A DNA stretch of 64,000 bases, taken from a virus. The notes under the pieces were generated by a model that was not told the origin of the DNA, made no database searches, and saw only the letters and a program-made list of their open reading frames with translations. The stretch covers positions 16,129-80,128 of the IMG/VR virus record IMGVR_UViG_3300045988_064633; one strand, written 5' to 3'. The position numbers and the translations under genes were made by a program. Below, in pieces: positions 16,646 to 26,204 of the stretch. Every line of letters starts with the position of its first letter. Position 1 is the first letter of the stretch.

Positions 16646-17495
16646 GCTTGATGTCGCCTCCTTTTATAACATTGTAGTTTCCTTCCAAAACTTTTGTAAA
16701 ATTATTCGGCTTTACGAACCAGTCAAATGTTATCATCCATCCGCGGTTATTCTCTCCTCGCAGAAAATCACTGTAGCGAACGTTGTTGATTGCACTAAGG
16801 ACTTCATCAATTCCGTATTCACGGATTCGCCCTTTGAGTAACTGACATCTTTTTGATGATGGTTTAATATCGCGTATTGGATTGATGCCAACTTCCTGTA
16901 ATTTGTTCCATTCTTCGATGACGCGTCGGACATCAGTCTGACAAATAGTATCTTTAGATACTATTAATTTATTATCTTTCTCTTTATCTATATCTATATC
17001 TTTATCTAAACCTATATCTTTCTCTGCGTGCGTCTTTGTTGCGTCTTTGTTGCGTCTATTGTGCGTCTGACGGTTTGAACGCTCTATTAATTTGGTATCG
17101 TCAATAACATTTCCGCTTGCTAATGAATAGCTTCCATTCTCTTTTAAAAGCAACATCCTCTTTTCGTCAATATATGAAGTTTCCGTGTATCTATCTCTTG
17201 ACAATGTGTTATGCATTCGCCAGTGTTTGATTACTATTACACCGTCTTCAAACGTAAGAACAAACCTTTTTGCAATCAATAATCGCAGATCATCTTCGCT
17301 TGCTCCTGTGATTTTCATTATCCTTTTTGGGTTTCCAATAAATCCATCATCGTCAGCCCTCATATTCAAATGGAAATATAAGCATTGCGTTGTTGCCGGC
17401 ATATCCAAAAATGCGTCACTGTCAACAATTTTCATCGTAAACATTCGTTTCTGTGCCAATTCTAAAATTCCTTTCTCCAATTCCTGGTTTTTCAA
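16548..17495 (-). CDS. Phage replisome organizer (N-terminal organizer domain plus Phg_2220_C-like C-terminus)
   Basis: DSDAFLDMPATTQCLYFHLNMRADDDGFIGNPKRI and C-terminal YSDFLRGENNRGWMITFDWFVKPNNFTKVLEGNY. Confidence 0.75.
   Translation of the reverse strand: MKNQELEKGILELAQKRMFTMKIVDSDAFLDMPATTQCLYFHLNMRADDDGFIGNPKRIMKITGASEDDLRLLIAKRFVLTFEDGVIVIKHWRMHNTLSRDRYTETSYIDEKRMLLLKENGSYSLASGNVIDDTKLIERSNRQTHNRRNKDATKTHAEKDIGLDKDIDIDKEKDNKLIVSKDTICQTDVRRVIEEWNKLQEVGINPIRDIKPSSKRCQLLKGRIREYGIDEVLSAINNVRYSDFLRGENNRGWMITFDWFVKPNNFTKVLEGNYNVIKGGDIKHGTGRTAQAHVKPLIPFDQCGGSEISDTPFAD
17029..17072. repeat. Four tandem 11-bp iterons (TGCGTCTTTGT-like), candidate replication origin inside the organizer gene
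   Basis: tgcgtctttgt, tgcgtctttgt, tgcgtctattg, tgcgtctgacg at 17029, 17040, 17051, 17062; adjacent AT-rich tatcta/tatatc tract 16985-17020. Confidence 0.6.
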
Positions 17496-17501
17496 AAGTG
17501 T

Positions 17502-18623
17502 TTATTTTAATTCAACTTCCATTCCATTGATTTTCAGTTCTCCATTTACCGGAATTACAAGAGATGGAACACCGTTTATTTCTTTCAGTTCAATCAGAGC
17601 AATTTTATCTGGCTGGATGCAGATTGTTGCATCTGGTGTTACAATTTTTGCAGTTTTTGAATTATGAATATTGTCAAGAGCAACGGGTTCATTGCTGAAA
17701 TACATTTCCCAGTTTTCTTTGAAATCCGACAACTTCTCGTCTGGAGCTCCGCAATATCCAAAAATCTGTTCCATTTCATCACATGACACGGTTACCATCT
17801 CCGGGCTGTCTTTCTTCTGTTCTCTTACTTCCTGCAAAGATTCAACCAGACTTTCCGCGAAATTGAATGTTGTATTTCCTTCGAAATTGTCCATAATAAA
17901 ATCTGAAAAGACATTGATCTCGTTGCCGGGTATACGGGGAATTGGTGCGCCAAGAACGTTTTCAATGAAGTCGGGATGAATATTCTTTATGTTTTTGTTG
18001 AAATACAAGGTTCCATGAATATCAGTGCTTCTGTCATTGAATACAGGGAATAAGAATCCTGTTTCTGGTCTTGAGACTACCCAATCACGAATTCTGTCTT
18101 TGATGTTATTTTCAGCCACATCATAGATAAGCCCAGCCTTTGAAAGATTTACTGGACAAATGCTGCACAGAATGTGTTCATAAATTTCTTCTGATGCATC
18201 GTGCATTTCGGTTCCATCAGAAGCTTTTCCTGGAATGTCATATACTGCATGAATGAGAACTATGTAGTAATTTTCGTGATAATCGTAATTTTCAATCACT
18301 TTGTCGTATAACTCGTCCAAAAGTTCGTCATTTTTAAGCTTACTTGCTCTAATCCGCATAAGAAATTCCTGTGTTCCACCCTCTTTTTCCTGTGATAATG
18401 GAAAATCAAGGTTCATAAGGTTTTTTCCAAGTCTGCCAGACATGGTTTTCTTGAAAATGTCAAAATACTTAAACATTTCTTCCTCTGGAAGAGACAGGAA
18501 TGCTTCTTTAATTTTGGTTTTCTTGTTCTTTTCTGCGTCCACATAACAACCACAAATGCGTGTGATTGTGCAATTGACTGGAGTAAACTGTTTCTTAATT
18601 TCTGCGATTTCTTTCTTATTCAT
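17502..18623 (-). CDS. DUF4317-like protein
   Basis: MNKKEIAEIKKQFTPVNCTITRICGCYVD N-terminus as I recall for DUF4317; start after AAAGGATGG. Confidence 0.6.
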   Translation of the reverse strand: MNKKEIAEIKKQFTPVNCTITRICGCYVDAEKNKKTKIKEAFLSLPEEEMFKYFDIFKKTMSGRLGKNLMNLDFPLSQEKEGGTQEFLMRIRASKLKNDELLDELYDKVIENYDYHENYYIVLIHAVYDIPGKASDGTEMHDASEEIYEHILCSICPVNLSKAGLIYDVAENNIKDRIRDWVVSRPETGFLFPVFNDRSTDIHGTLYFNKNIKNIHPDFIENVLGAPIPRIPGNEINVFSDFIMDNFEGNTTFNFAESLVESLQEVREQKKDSPEMVTVSCDEMEQIFGYCGAPDEKLSDFKENWEMYFSNEPVALDNIHNSKTAKIVTPDATICIQPDKIALIELKEINGVPSLVIPVNGELKINGMEVELK

Positions 18624-18642
18624 TCTTTTCCATCCTTTCTGC

Positions 18643-18899
18643 TTATTTCGCTTGTTTCTTCTCAATCCACTTATTAATTTTATCTTCGGAAATCATATAC
18701 ATTTGCTTTAGCATTTCGATGCAGATCAACACATCTGCAATTTCTTTTATCATGTTATCACGGTCGATTTTCCACGTTTTTCCTTACTGATTGCTTGTAT
18801 AAGTTCCGCACATTCCTCCATGCAGACGGTTGCCTGAATTTCTTCTCCGTAATGGTCAACACTTCTAGCAATAACGCTTTCGTCAATGTTATATGTCAT
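18643..18899 (-). pseudogene. MazG-like NTP pyrophosphohydrolase interrupted by a 1-nt frame change
   Basis: Frame 1 gives ...MEECAELIQAISKEKRGK then a stop. The -1 frame continues IDRDNMIKEIADVLICIEMLKQMY... to 18643. The junction lies in GGAAAAT near 18768. Confidence 0.5.
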
Positions 18900-19143
18900 T
18901 TTCTTCGCACCAGTCAATTTTCTGCCCGCATTCAAAACAGTACTTGCTTATTTTTTTACCAATAACAGGTGTTCCGCATTTCGCACATTTTTGAGTGGAA
19001 AATATATTGTACGGAAAATCTGGAACATATTCTTCAGGTTTGCATGGAATCTGCTTTTCCAATGCTTTTGCTCCGGAATCACACGCCCATGCTTCCTTGA
19101 GATATTTTTTTCTGCCATTCATCTTTGTTTTCAGAACTTTCAA
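18889..19143 (-). CDS. Zinc-ribbon protein
   Basis: CAKCG ... CFECG pairs. Confidence 0.5.
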   Translation of the reverse strand: MKVLKTKMNGRKKYLKEAWACDSGAKALEKQIPCKPEEYVPDFPYNIFSTQKCAKCGTPVIGKKISKYCFECGQKIDWCEENDI

Positions 19144-19206
19144 GGAAACATAAATGCCGGTCTCTCATATCTAATAAGATGTCTTTTGCTTCTTTATTGT
19201 CCATTT

Positions 19207-19437
19207 CTATTCCTCCATCACTAATTCAAAATATTCTTCTTTCCATTTCAGAACATTATGAAAATCAAATGAACTATATCCTACATGGTAATAATCCTCG
19301 CCAACTTTCTTATATTTTAATTCAAAATACGGCTTGTCATCTACAATTCTAAAAATCTGTTCTAATTCCGTTACAATTTCCTTTTCGACTTCAACAGGAA
19401 TACTTGCTTTTTCCATTTTGTTAATCCTCCGCTCCAA
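19207..19437 (-). CDS. Hypothetical protein
   Basis: 76-aa ORF on operon strand. Confidence 0.5.
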   Translation of the reverse strand: MERRINKMEKASIPVEVEKEIVTELEQIFRIVDDKPYFELKYKKVGEDYYHVGYSSFDFHNVLKWKEEYFELVMEE

Positions 19438-19594
19438 ACATTTTTCTTAAACTATGCTGATAATTTTTCGCTGTTTGCTCAAGAGTATCATAAGCCGGCC
19501 TCAGCGTGCATCTTTCTTTGTACCCGTCACATTTAGTTCCGAATAGGATAGTATTTCTACATATACCGTTTTGACTAGCGCAGCATTTATTCAT
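19421..19594 (-). CDS. Cys-rich 57-aa protein
   Basis: Untracked ORF MNKCCASQNGICRNTILFGTKCDGYKERC...; its ATG lies inside the last codons of the upstream gene. Confidence 0.35.
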   Translation of the reverse strand: MNKCCASQNGICRNTILFGTKCDGYKERCTLRPAYDTLEQTAKNYQHSLRKMFGAED

Positions 19595-20075
19595 TCTTCA
19601 TCTCCTCCAGCTGTTTTACTGCTTTTCTACAATCTCTATTTGCAGACCGGAACATCATCAAAAGTATTTCAGACACAGGCCTTGTCCGATTTCTTCGCTT
19701 TGCTTTTTTGATGCATGCAAGCTCATTTCCATCTGGCACATATATTCCTACGTAATGCGGAATTTCAAGGGATATCGCAGCATATACATCTGTCGGCATA
19801 ACCAGATAGTTATAATCGCCAACAAAATTCAGCCCATGACCAGAATGAAAATCTTCAGCAGATGACTTGATTTCATAGCAATAACAATCGCCTTTTTCTA
19901 TCCCGGACACGCTATTATTCACCGGCGCGAACCGCATATAATCCACCCTTACTGCATGATCTGTCGAATAATCGAATGTCACTTCTTTCGCCCAATAAAT
20001 ACGTGGATCATTTTGAGGATTTATTTTCTTTTCAAGCATGGCTGATAGTTTCGCTGTAATCTCAGGTCTTGTCAT
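19587..20075 (-). CDS. PD-(D/E)XK-type nuclease (MmcB-like)
   Basis: VDYMRF ... CYCYEIKSSAEDF fits a D...ExK nuclease core; start trimmed to MTRPEIT. Confidence 0.5.
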   Translation of the reverse strand: MTRPEITAKLSAMLEKKINPQNDPRIYWAKEVTFDYSTDHAVRVDYMRFAPVNNSVSGIEKGDCYCYEIKSSAEDFHSGHGLNFVGDYNYLVMPTDVYAAISLEIPHYVGIYVPDGNELACIKKAKRRNRTRPVSEILLMMFRSANRDCRKAVKQLEEMKNE

Positions 20076-20496
20076 TTTGAATCTCCTCCAATTTCTTCTC
20101 AGCTTCTTCACGGGTGAGGAATACCACAACATTCAATTCTCCAAGCCATTCATCCTCGTTCGCCCATAAAAACCATCTGCCGTCTTTTCCGTATTCAATT
20201 CCGCTTACCACGTTTTTTCGAATACCCGTGCCATATATATCCCATACAGTTGTGCCGATAGAACACGGCAATCTCACAAGTAAGCCCTGTTCTTCTAAAT
20301 CTTCATAAGATTTCAGTTTCTCTAGCCATTCCGCAAGCTGTTCGTGTTCTTCTGCGTCTTTAACACAATCGGCCTTGTGCTGTTTATTGAGTTCTTCATT
20401 CATTAGTGACACCTTGGTATATTTACTGTTCCATCTTTGCTTTTTCGCCACTCCTCTTACACGACAAATAGCTTCTTCAAGTGTTAATCTCTCCAC
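20062..20496 (-). CDS. Hypothetical protein
   Basis: 144-aa ORF. Confidence 0.5.
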   Translation of the reverse strand: MERLTLEEAICRVRGVAKKQRWNSKYTKVSLMNEELNKQHKADCVKDAEEHEQLAEWLEKLKSYEDLEEQGLLVRLPCSIGTTVWDIYGTGIRKNVVSGIEYGKDGRWFLWANEDEWLGELNVVVFLTREEAEKKLEEIQNDKT

Positions 20497-20904
20497 CTAC
20501 TTCACCTCTTTCATCTGACTTTCTACAATATCTGCAAGTAGCTTCAAGGACTCAATAAATGATTCCGTCAATGCTGTCCTGGATGGGTTTTTAGTGAATG
20601 TTCTGACAAGGTTTATAGCATCTTTTAACTTCTTCTCATCTTCAATTACGTCTGATACTTCTACTAATTCATATCCCGGTGCAAGGCTGGCATTTCTTGT
20701 TAGTTCTTTATTGCTATAGAATTTTAATATATCCGGGATCTGCTGTTCTTCAAATGGATATGGATACGCTTCTTTTCCACCGTACCATCTATATCCTTGT
20801 CTCTTTGCTGCTTTCAGAATATTTTCATACTCTTCATGTGTTCTGATTAATACACATTTATTCGTCAGATCAATCATCTGCTTCGCCTCCTGTAATCTCA
20901 TCAA
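20497..20904 (-). CDS. Hypothetical protein
   Basis: 135-aa ORF abutting the next gene. Confidence 0.5.
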   Translation of the reverse strand: MMRLQEAKQMIDLTNKCVLIRTHEEYENILKAAKRQGYRWYGGKEAYPYPFEEQQIPDILKFYSNKELTRNASLAPGYELVEVSDVIEDEKKLKDAINLVRTFTKNPSRTALTESFIESLKLLADIVESQMKEVK

Positions 20905-21148
20905 TACAATCGTTCCAGCCGATCTTATAGCTCGGTAGTTTGCCTCCCGCTTTGAAATACTCGCCGTTATAAAGCCCAGTTACTTTCATTTTCTCCGGCA
21001 GCGGCTTCAATGGACACCAATCAGGTCTAATACTCAAATCTGTAATATCTCTATTGTTTACTCTACAGAACGGGTGAAGCACTCCACTGCGTAAAACGCA
21101 TAAAGCACAATATTTTGGCGTATCTCTCACTAATACTGATTTACTCAT
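20870..21148 (-). CDS. Hypothetical protein
   Basis: 92-aa ORF. Confidence 0.45.
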   Translation of the reverse strand: MSKSVLVRDTPKYCALCVLRSGVLHPFCRVNNRDITDLSIRPDWCPLKPLPEKMKVTGLYNGEYFKAGGKLPSYKIGWNDCIDEITGGEADD

Positions 21149-21375
21149 TCAACTCCACCACCTTTCACGATTTCATCAATTGTTGCATCTCCTTCTATGC
21201 AATATTTTTCAAATAAATAATTCTCTAATTGCTCTGCAACTTCATCTACATCAAAAGCTGTCAGCTGATTGTTAACGCAATCAATAAACTCTTTCTGGTC
21301 AGAACTAATACTTGTTCCAATCTCCCAAATTTTGATGTATTTGATTAATTCGTCTGCATCAATCAGTCTGCTCAT
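21145..21375 (-). CDS. Hypothetical protein
   Basis: 76-aa ORF, 4-nt overlap. Confidence 0.5.
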   Translation of the reverse strand: MSRLIDADELIKYIKIWEIGTSISSDQKEFIDCVNNQLTAFDVDEVAEQLENYLFEKYCIEGDATIDEIVKGGGVE

Positions 21376-21378
21376 ATT

Positions 21379-21759
21379 CTATTCTCCTAACTGTTTTAAA
21401 ATTTCTTTTGCAATTTTATTACTTTCCTGCATGGAAACTCCCCATCCATTATATTTTCTGTGGCATTCATCACAGTTCCATTCACCATTATCACTTTCTT
21501 TAATTTCGCTATTGAATCTGCAATTATCGCAATACATATGATCGAGAGTGCCGTAAATGATGCTTGCAATATCGTCTTGTTTGCTATTAGCATCGTCTAC
21601 GTGTTTCTGCTTAGTTAAATATTCAAACGCTCTCAGCTCATTTTTCCCGACCCATTTAATCCATGCACCGCAATCCCCGCAATACAATCCCGTATTATTC
21701 CCAACTTTCTTGACAAAAAGGTTTTTACTATTGCACTTTGGACATCTATATTCTTTCAT
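21379..21759 (-). CDS. Double zinc-ribbon protein
   Basis: CPKC...CGDCG and CDNC...CDEC. Confidence 0.5.
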   Translation of the reverse strand: MKEYRCPKCNSKNLFVKKVGNNTGLYCGDCGAWIKWVGKNELRAFEYLTKQKHVDDANSKQDDIASIIYGTLDHMYCDNCRFNSEIKESDNGEWNCDECHRKYNGWGVSMQESNKIAKEILKQLGE

Positions 21760-22073
21760 CTTTCATCCTCCCACACTCCCAACAACCGCATCCTCTCATA
21801 CAGTACAGCGACGGTCTTGCGCCTGTATCCGTAAAAGTCTTTCGGGTTCATCGGGATATATCTTTCTCTGCTGATTTTTCTGTAACTTTTCCGGTGTAGG
21901 ATATTCTCAATAACCATATCCGCTATCACCGTGTTTTTCGGGCAAGCTGACAAGGCAGCACCAGAAAGCAGGTATCCGTACTCTGCCGGGAAGTCTTTCA
22001 GCATCGTATTCAGTTTTTCTATGTCTTCTGCCGGAATACCGTAGTCTTTCAGCTTCTTATTCCTTGTCAGCAT
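21756..22073 (-). CDS. Hypothetical protein (possible transcription regulator)
   Basis: ORF 21756..22307 trimmed to MLTRNKK Met after AAAGGAG; upstream part of the track ORF overlaps other genes. Confidence 0.4.
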   Translation of the reverse strand: MLTRNKKLKDYGIPAEDIEKLNTMLKDFPAEYGYLLSGAALSACPKNTVIADMVIENILHRKSYRKISRERYIPMNPKDFYGYRRKTVAVLYERMRLLGVWEDER

Positions 22074-22087
22074 ACCGTTGCTCCTTT

Positions 22088-22189
22088 CTAATCGTCTGGG
22101 TGGTGCTTGTCGTACATGATTGCCACACATGCAAGACCAACCACTCCGAATATGGTTCCAAGGGTGAATTCTAATAAGAATGTAATCAT
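22088..22189 (-). CDS. 33-aa transmembrane peptide
   Basis: MITFLLEFTLGTIFGVVGLACVAIMYDKHHPDD; ATGA overlap with the upstream stop. Confidence 0.3.
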   Translation of the reverse strand: MITFLLEFTLGTIFGVVGLACVAIMYDKHHPDD

Positions 22190-22518
22190 GGCTCGTCCTC
22201 CTTATATGGTTCTGGAAGTGGCATCCAGGCAATAACACAGTCTTCATCATCCCATTTTCCATTTTCGATACCGCACATTCCCGTGAATGGTTCTTCCTGT
22301 CCGACAAGCTCTCCGTCTAAAGTAGTGATATATGTTCCGTCTTCCGGTAATCTCTCACTGACTGGAATCCAACCATTTTCTTTCTCGTCCTGTTCCAGAT
22401 CATCCTTAATCTGTTCTATCATTTCCAGAACATCACTTGCTAAAACCATCTGGTGGCCATCCGCAAGTTTCTTCATGAAATCATGATAATCCGATAATCT
22501 GTCTTTGATATGGCTCAT
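22186..22518 (-). CDS. DUF551-like protein
   Basis: GWIPVSERLPEDG ... VIAWMPLPEPYK. Confidence 0.55.
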   Translation of the reverse strand: MSHIKDRLSDYHDFMKKLADGHQMVLASDVLEMIEQIKDDLEQDEKENGWIPVSERLPEDGTYITTLDGELVGQEEPFTGMCGIENGKWDDEDCVIAWMPLPEPYKEDEP

Positions 22519-22691
22519 ACTTCCACCTCCACTTCTGTATCTATGTAAATCCTTTCAACTTTGCGTGTTTTGATATTTGTGCAAGAAACATATCCATCTG
22601 TATTTTCGATTACATGTCCAGCTCTATACATTTCGCATTTATATTGGAAAACATCTCCATGTTTCAAAGAGCCAATATTGGTCTTGTTCAT
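22515..22691 (-). CDS. Hypothetical 58-aa protein
   Basis: Untracked ORF MNKTNIGSLKHGDVFQYKCEMYRAGH... after GAGGTG; stop overlaps the next ATG. Confidence 0.4.
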   Translation of the reverse strand: MNKTNIGSLKHGDVFQYKCEMYRAGHVIENTDGYVSCTNIKTRKVERIYIDTEVEVEV

Positions 22692-22693
22692 AC

Positions 22694-22927
22694 TTACACC
22701 TCACTATCTTCTGGCATCTGATAATCAATATGTCCATTTACATAGGCTTCCTGGATCATATCCAATACTTTCATGGCTTTTTCTTTTGCGGAATATCTTC
22801 CGACCATGAGTGAGCCTGTGCCATCTTCGACATAGACATCCTCACTATCCTTTTCAGGAAAGGCTGATACCGTGCAAATATTTTCGAAATTTACAATCAT
22901 TCTTTTATCCTGACTTCTGATTAACAT
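22694..22927 (-). CDS. Hypothetical protein, paralog of 30810..31160
   Basis: Shares MxxISQ..., RYxxKEKAxK and terminal xPEDxEV with the 116-aa ORF. Confidence 0.5.
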   Translation of the reverse strand: MLIRSQDKRMIVNFENICTVSAFPEKDSEDVYVEDGTGSLMVGRYSAKEKAMKVLDMIQEAYVNGHIDYQMPEDSEV

Positions 22928-23220
22928 TTTGTGTCCTCCTTGCCCGCATACATTTTCACCTGCTTCATCTTTTTAATAAACAGTTTCATTTCATATCCTG
23001 TAAGACCAACACAAGTATTTCCAATTCCTTTATCATCTCTTAAATCTGGATCATATGACTGCAAAATATGTCTACCAGATTTTTTGTGTTCAATGACAAC
23101 TTTTTGTGTAAAATTATATTTCTTATCTTTTCTTTTATACACACACCCATACTTGTCTTCTTTTTCTTTTGTAAATCCAATTTCTGCTAATTTCTCATCT
23201 ACTGTTTTAAATAATTTCAT
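22921..23220 (-). CDS. Hypothetical protein
   Basis: 99-aa ORF. Confidence 0.5.
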   Translation of the reverse strand: MKLFKTVDEKLAEIGFTKEKEDKYGCVYKRKDKKYNFTQKVVIEHKKSGRHILQSYDPDLRDDKGIGNTCVGLTGYEMKLFIKKMKQVKMYAGKEDTKC

Positions 23221-23411
23221 TTTGCGTCCTCCTTATCATTTATTCTTCGATTCCACTGCTCTACAGCTTCTTCCTCTGTCTTTCTCCAGCGTTCAACCAT
23301 TCCATCGCATTCTGTGCAAGCTACAAGATATTCTTTTCTCGAATCTTCATATTCATTAATCAGCATTTCTGCCTTTCCTCCGCAAAACGGACAAGGTTTT
23401 AATTTATCCAT
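23217..23411 (-). CDS. Lar-family restriction alleviation-like protein
   Basis: LKPCPFCGGKAE ... CTECDG ... EEEAVEQWNRR matches the Lar-family signature. Confidence 0.65.
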   Translation of the reverse strand: MDKLKPCPFCGGKAEMLINEYEDSRKEYLVACTECDGMVERWRKTEEEAVEQWNRRINDKEDAK

Positions 23412-23646
23412 TTTTCCTCCTTATTTTCTCATATAATTCAAAATATTCTCCCGATGTTTCTGGCAGCTTAATACAATCTGGCTCATAAGGTTTTGGATAT
23501 ACCGTATATCCGCATTTCGTACATTTGATTTGTGGCGGAAAATCTCTGCTCCATTCCATGTTTCCACCACATTTTCTGCAACGGATGTATCTCTCTACTT
23601 TCTTTGGTTTTGTCTTGAAGAATGAAGCGTAATTATTGTTTTTCAT
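23404..23646 (-). CDS. Zinc-ribbon protein
   Basis: CRKCGG ... CTKCG. Confidence 0.5.
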   Translation of the reverse strand: MKNNNYASFFKTKPKKVERYIRCRKCGGNMEWSRDFPPQIKCTKCGYTVYPKPYEPDCIKLPETSGEYFELYEKIRRKNG

Positions 23647-23998
23647 TTCCGTTCTCCTGCTCTTTAAATTCCATCTTCAAATCGTAGACAAACTGGCAAA
23701 GTTTCTCTGCAACCTCATCCGCATTCTCTACATTTGCAAGCTGTCTAACATACTGCTTACCAAAGATAACACAAGTCAACTTTCTGATTGTTTCCCAGAC
23801 CTGCCACGAAATAATGGTGGAATCGAAAGCTTCTGCCATAAGAGAATATCTTCCATTTCCATTCTCATCTCTGAACCATTTTTCTCTTGGTACCTTTAAT
23901 GTGGTTGCAACATCTTCTCTGGTAAGGCAACCTTTGTATTTCTCATCCATACGTTTTTCCAGTTCATCTAAAAGTTCCTTCTTTTCCTGTTCTGTCAT
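23633..23998 (-). CDS. Hypothetical protein
   Basis: 121-aa ORF. Confidence 0.5.
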   Translation of the reverse strand: MTEQEKKELLDELEKRMDEKYKGCLTREDVATTLKVPREKWFRDENGNGRYSLMAEAFDSTIISWQVWETIRKLTCVIFGKQYVRQLANVENADEVAEKLCQFVYDLKMEFKEQENGNEKQ

Positions 23999-24007
23999 TA
24001 CGTCCTC

Positions 24008-24295
24008 CTAATATCTGTCAAATTCAATGTTGTTGTCTGAATAGAATCTGTATGAATCCTCTCTGATTTTCTTAACTTCACGCATGATAATTTCTTTTGT
24101 TTTACTGACAGCTTCCTCAAAATCCTCTGTTCCAAGATCATAGTTATCAATGTTCAGTGCCTTGCTGTTGAGAAACAGTGCATCTCCACAGCCGACATAT
24201 TTGTGAATACTGATTCCTAAAGAATTATCTTTCAATGTAAAAATACTCCCAATTTCAGGTTTTTCGTTATACTTGGCATTACTTTTGAATTTCAT
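24008..24295 (-). CDS. Hypothetical protein
   Basis: 95-aa ORF. Confidence 0.5.
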   Translation of the reverse strand: MKFKSNAKYNEKPEIGSIFTLKDNSLGISIHKYVGCGDALFLNSKALNIDNYDLGTEDFEEAVSKTKEIIMREVKKIREDSYRFYSDNNIEFDRY

Positions 24296-24336
24296 TTTCC
24301 ATCCTCACTTTCCCCATGTAAGCAACTGGCACGCTA

Positions 24337-25947
24337 TCAATTTAGATCTACGTTCATTTTTCTTGCTATGGCTTCTATAACTGTCACTGTTACGCCGTTT
24401 CCTGCTTGTTTGTATAACTGGCTGTCAGAATTAACAAACTGAGCCTTTTTAAAATAATCATCCGACCAACCTTGCAGCCGAAAACATTCTTTCGGTGTCA
24501 GCTTCCGGATTGCTATGTAACACTGATATTTTTCATACCAGACTGCATATACAACCAATTCTTCCGACACTTGAACAAATATCCCTTGATTGCAGCTTGT
24601 GTCTAGTGTGTTTGCAATCTCTTTCCCAACTCTTCCTCTTCTTGTCTTACTACCTCGAACTGATAAATTCACAGCATCGACACCAACTCTGCACTCTGAA
24701 TATCCTTGTTTTGTTGCTTCTGCTACCTTTACGCAAATATCTAAATTATTTTCTTGCGATTGTCCTCTAAGTATCGAAACTTTATTTCTAGGAGCAACTT
24801 TCCTGATTGTGCTTGCTGTAATGTTTTTGAACTTAACAGCAACAGCCGTAGCACCTCTGTCTGTTTGGCAAGCGAAATTTACTCCACTGTTTTTCTGGTA
24901 TTGATTTTTCAATGTTCTGCATGTTCCATCTGGCATACAATTAAATCCAGTAGGTTCAATCGCTACGCCATGTATATCTGCTCTTGTAAGTGTAAACATT
25001 GGCTCGCCATTGTCTTTGAATCTTCTCCCATTCTGACGTTTTTCTGCACGATCTGGTGTGAGAACTGGAATTGCAACTCCACTTACTTCGGCTTTATGAT
25101 TTGCAATTCCTTTATTGTATCTGGCTTGTAAGCACCTTGCCTTATTGGTCAACTCTGTTTCTTGATAACTCAAATCAATAAAACACGGCAATGCTACATG
25201 ATGTCCTCTTCCACCACCTTGTCCAGTATCAAGAGCTTCGGTAATTCCATCAGATCCGAACACTTGCGTATTTCTTCTATATCCGTCTTTATGTGCAATT
25301 ATTTGAATACTATTTTTTCCGTCTGTTCCTTCGATAGGAAATACTTTTGAGGTACTTCTCCCTCTAAGATGTCCGATAATAAAACATCTTTCCCGGTTTT
25401 GCGGTACTCCGAAATCTTTGGAGTTGAGCACCTGCCATTCTGCATCATACCCCCACTGCTCCATTTCAATGAGCAATCTGGCGAAATCCCATCCTCCATT
25501 AACACTAAGCAGATTTTTAACGTTCTCAATGAAAAGGTAAGTGGGTTTATCTTCTTCTTTGAGCTGTCCGACAAGGTACATAACTCTGAAAAACAGACTT
25601 GAACGGTTTCCTTGAAATCCGGCTTGCTTTCCTGCAACGGATATGTCCTGGCAAGGGAATCCGAAGCACCAGCAGTCAGCTTTTGGAATGTCTCCGGCAT
25701 ACACTCTTCTAATGTCATTTGCATACCATTCTCCATTTCTGTATTCCTCCTTTAATATTTCTTTCTGTCTTTTCTTGATAGGAATATCTTCCAATACCTT
25801 TCGCTGTTCATCTGTCAGTAAGTGCATTGAGATATAACTCGCAGTAGCAAATTTATCAAATTCGCAAAAACCAACGCATTCATGCCCCGCTAATTCCATC
25901 CCCCTGCGAAACCCTCCGATTCCTGCGAAAAAATCTATAAATTTCAT
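24337..25947 (-). CDS. DNA (cytosine-5)-methyltransferase with an unusually long target-recognition region
   Basis: Motifs FFAGIGG, GFPCQDIS, ENVKNL, QNRER, C-terminal QAGNGV. The QNRER-to-C-terminal-motif spacing is very long (536 aa total). Confidence 0.95.
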   Translation of the reverse strand: MKFIDFFAGIGGFRRGMELAGHECVGFCEFDKFATASYISMHLLTDEQRKVLEDIPIKKRQKEILKEEYRNGEWYANDIRRVYAGDIPKADCWCFGFPCQDISVAGKQAGFQGNRSSLFFRVMYLVGQLKEEDKPTYLFIENVKNLLSVNGGWDFARLLIEMEQWGYDAEWQVLNSKDFGVPQNRERCFIIGHLRGRSTSKVFPIEGTDGKNSIQIIAHKDGYRRNTQVFGSDGITEALDTGQGGGRGHHVALPCFIDLSYQETELTNKARCLQARYNKGIANHKAEVSGVAIPVLTPDRAEKRQNGRRFKDNGEPMFTLTRADIHGVAIEPTGFNCMPDGTCRTLKNQYQKNSGVNFACQTDRGATAVAVKFKNITASTIRKVAPRNKVSILRGQSQENNLDICVKVAEATKQGYSECRVGVDAVNLSVRGSKTRRGRVGKEIANTLDTSCNQGIFVQVSEELVVYAVWYEKYQCYIAIRKLTPKECFRLQGWSDDYFKKAQFVNSDSQLYKQAGNGVTVTVIEAIARKMNVDLN

Positions 25948-25976
25948 TTTAAACTCCCATCTTCTTAACCAGATTC

Positions 25977-26204
25977 TTATTCAATCCCTCTTAACATCAA
26001 GCTTAACTTGCTGTAGCAAGGGCAAATTCTTGTGTGATTGTAAATATCTTCCAGTAAAACGCAAAATGGAAACATCTGTTTTACTTCATAGATATGTTCT
26101 ATTCCGTCCTCACCACGTTCTGCGTATTTGATTCTTTTTCCAACATGCAAATCAAATGCATTGGATATATATGCTTTAAGCCCATATATGTTCACTTTGC
26201 TCAT
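25977..26204 (-). CDS. Hypothetical protein
   Basis: 75-aa ORF. Confidence 0.45.
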   Translation of the reverse strand: MSKVNIYGLKAYISNAFDLHVGKRIKYAERGEDGIEHIYEVKQMFPFCVLLEDIYNHTRICPCYSKLSLMLRGIE

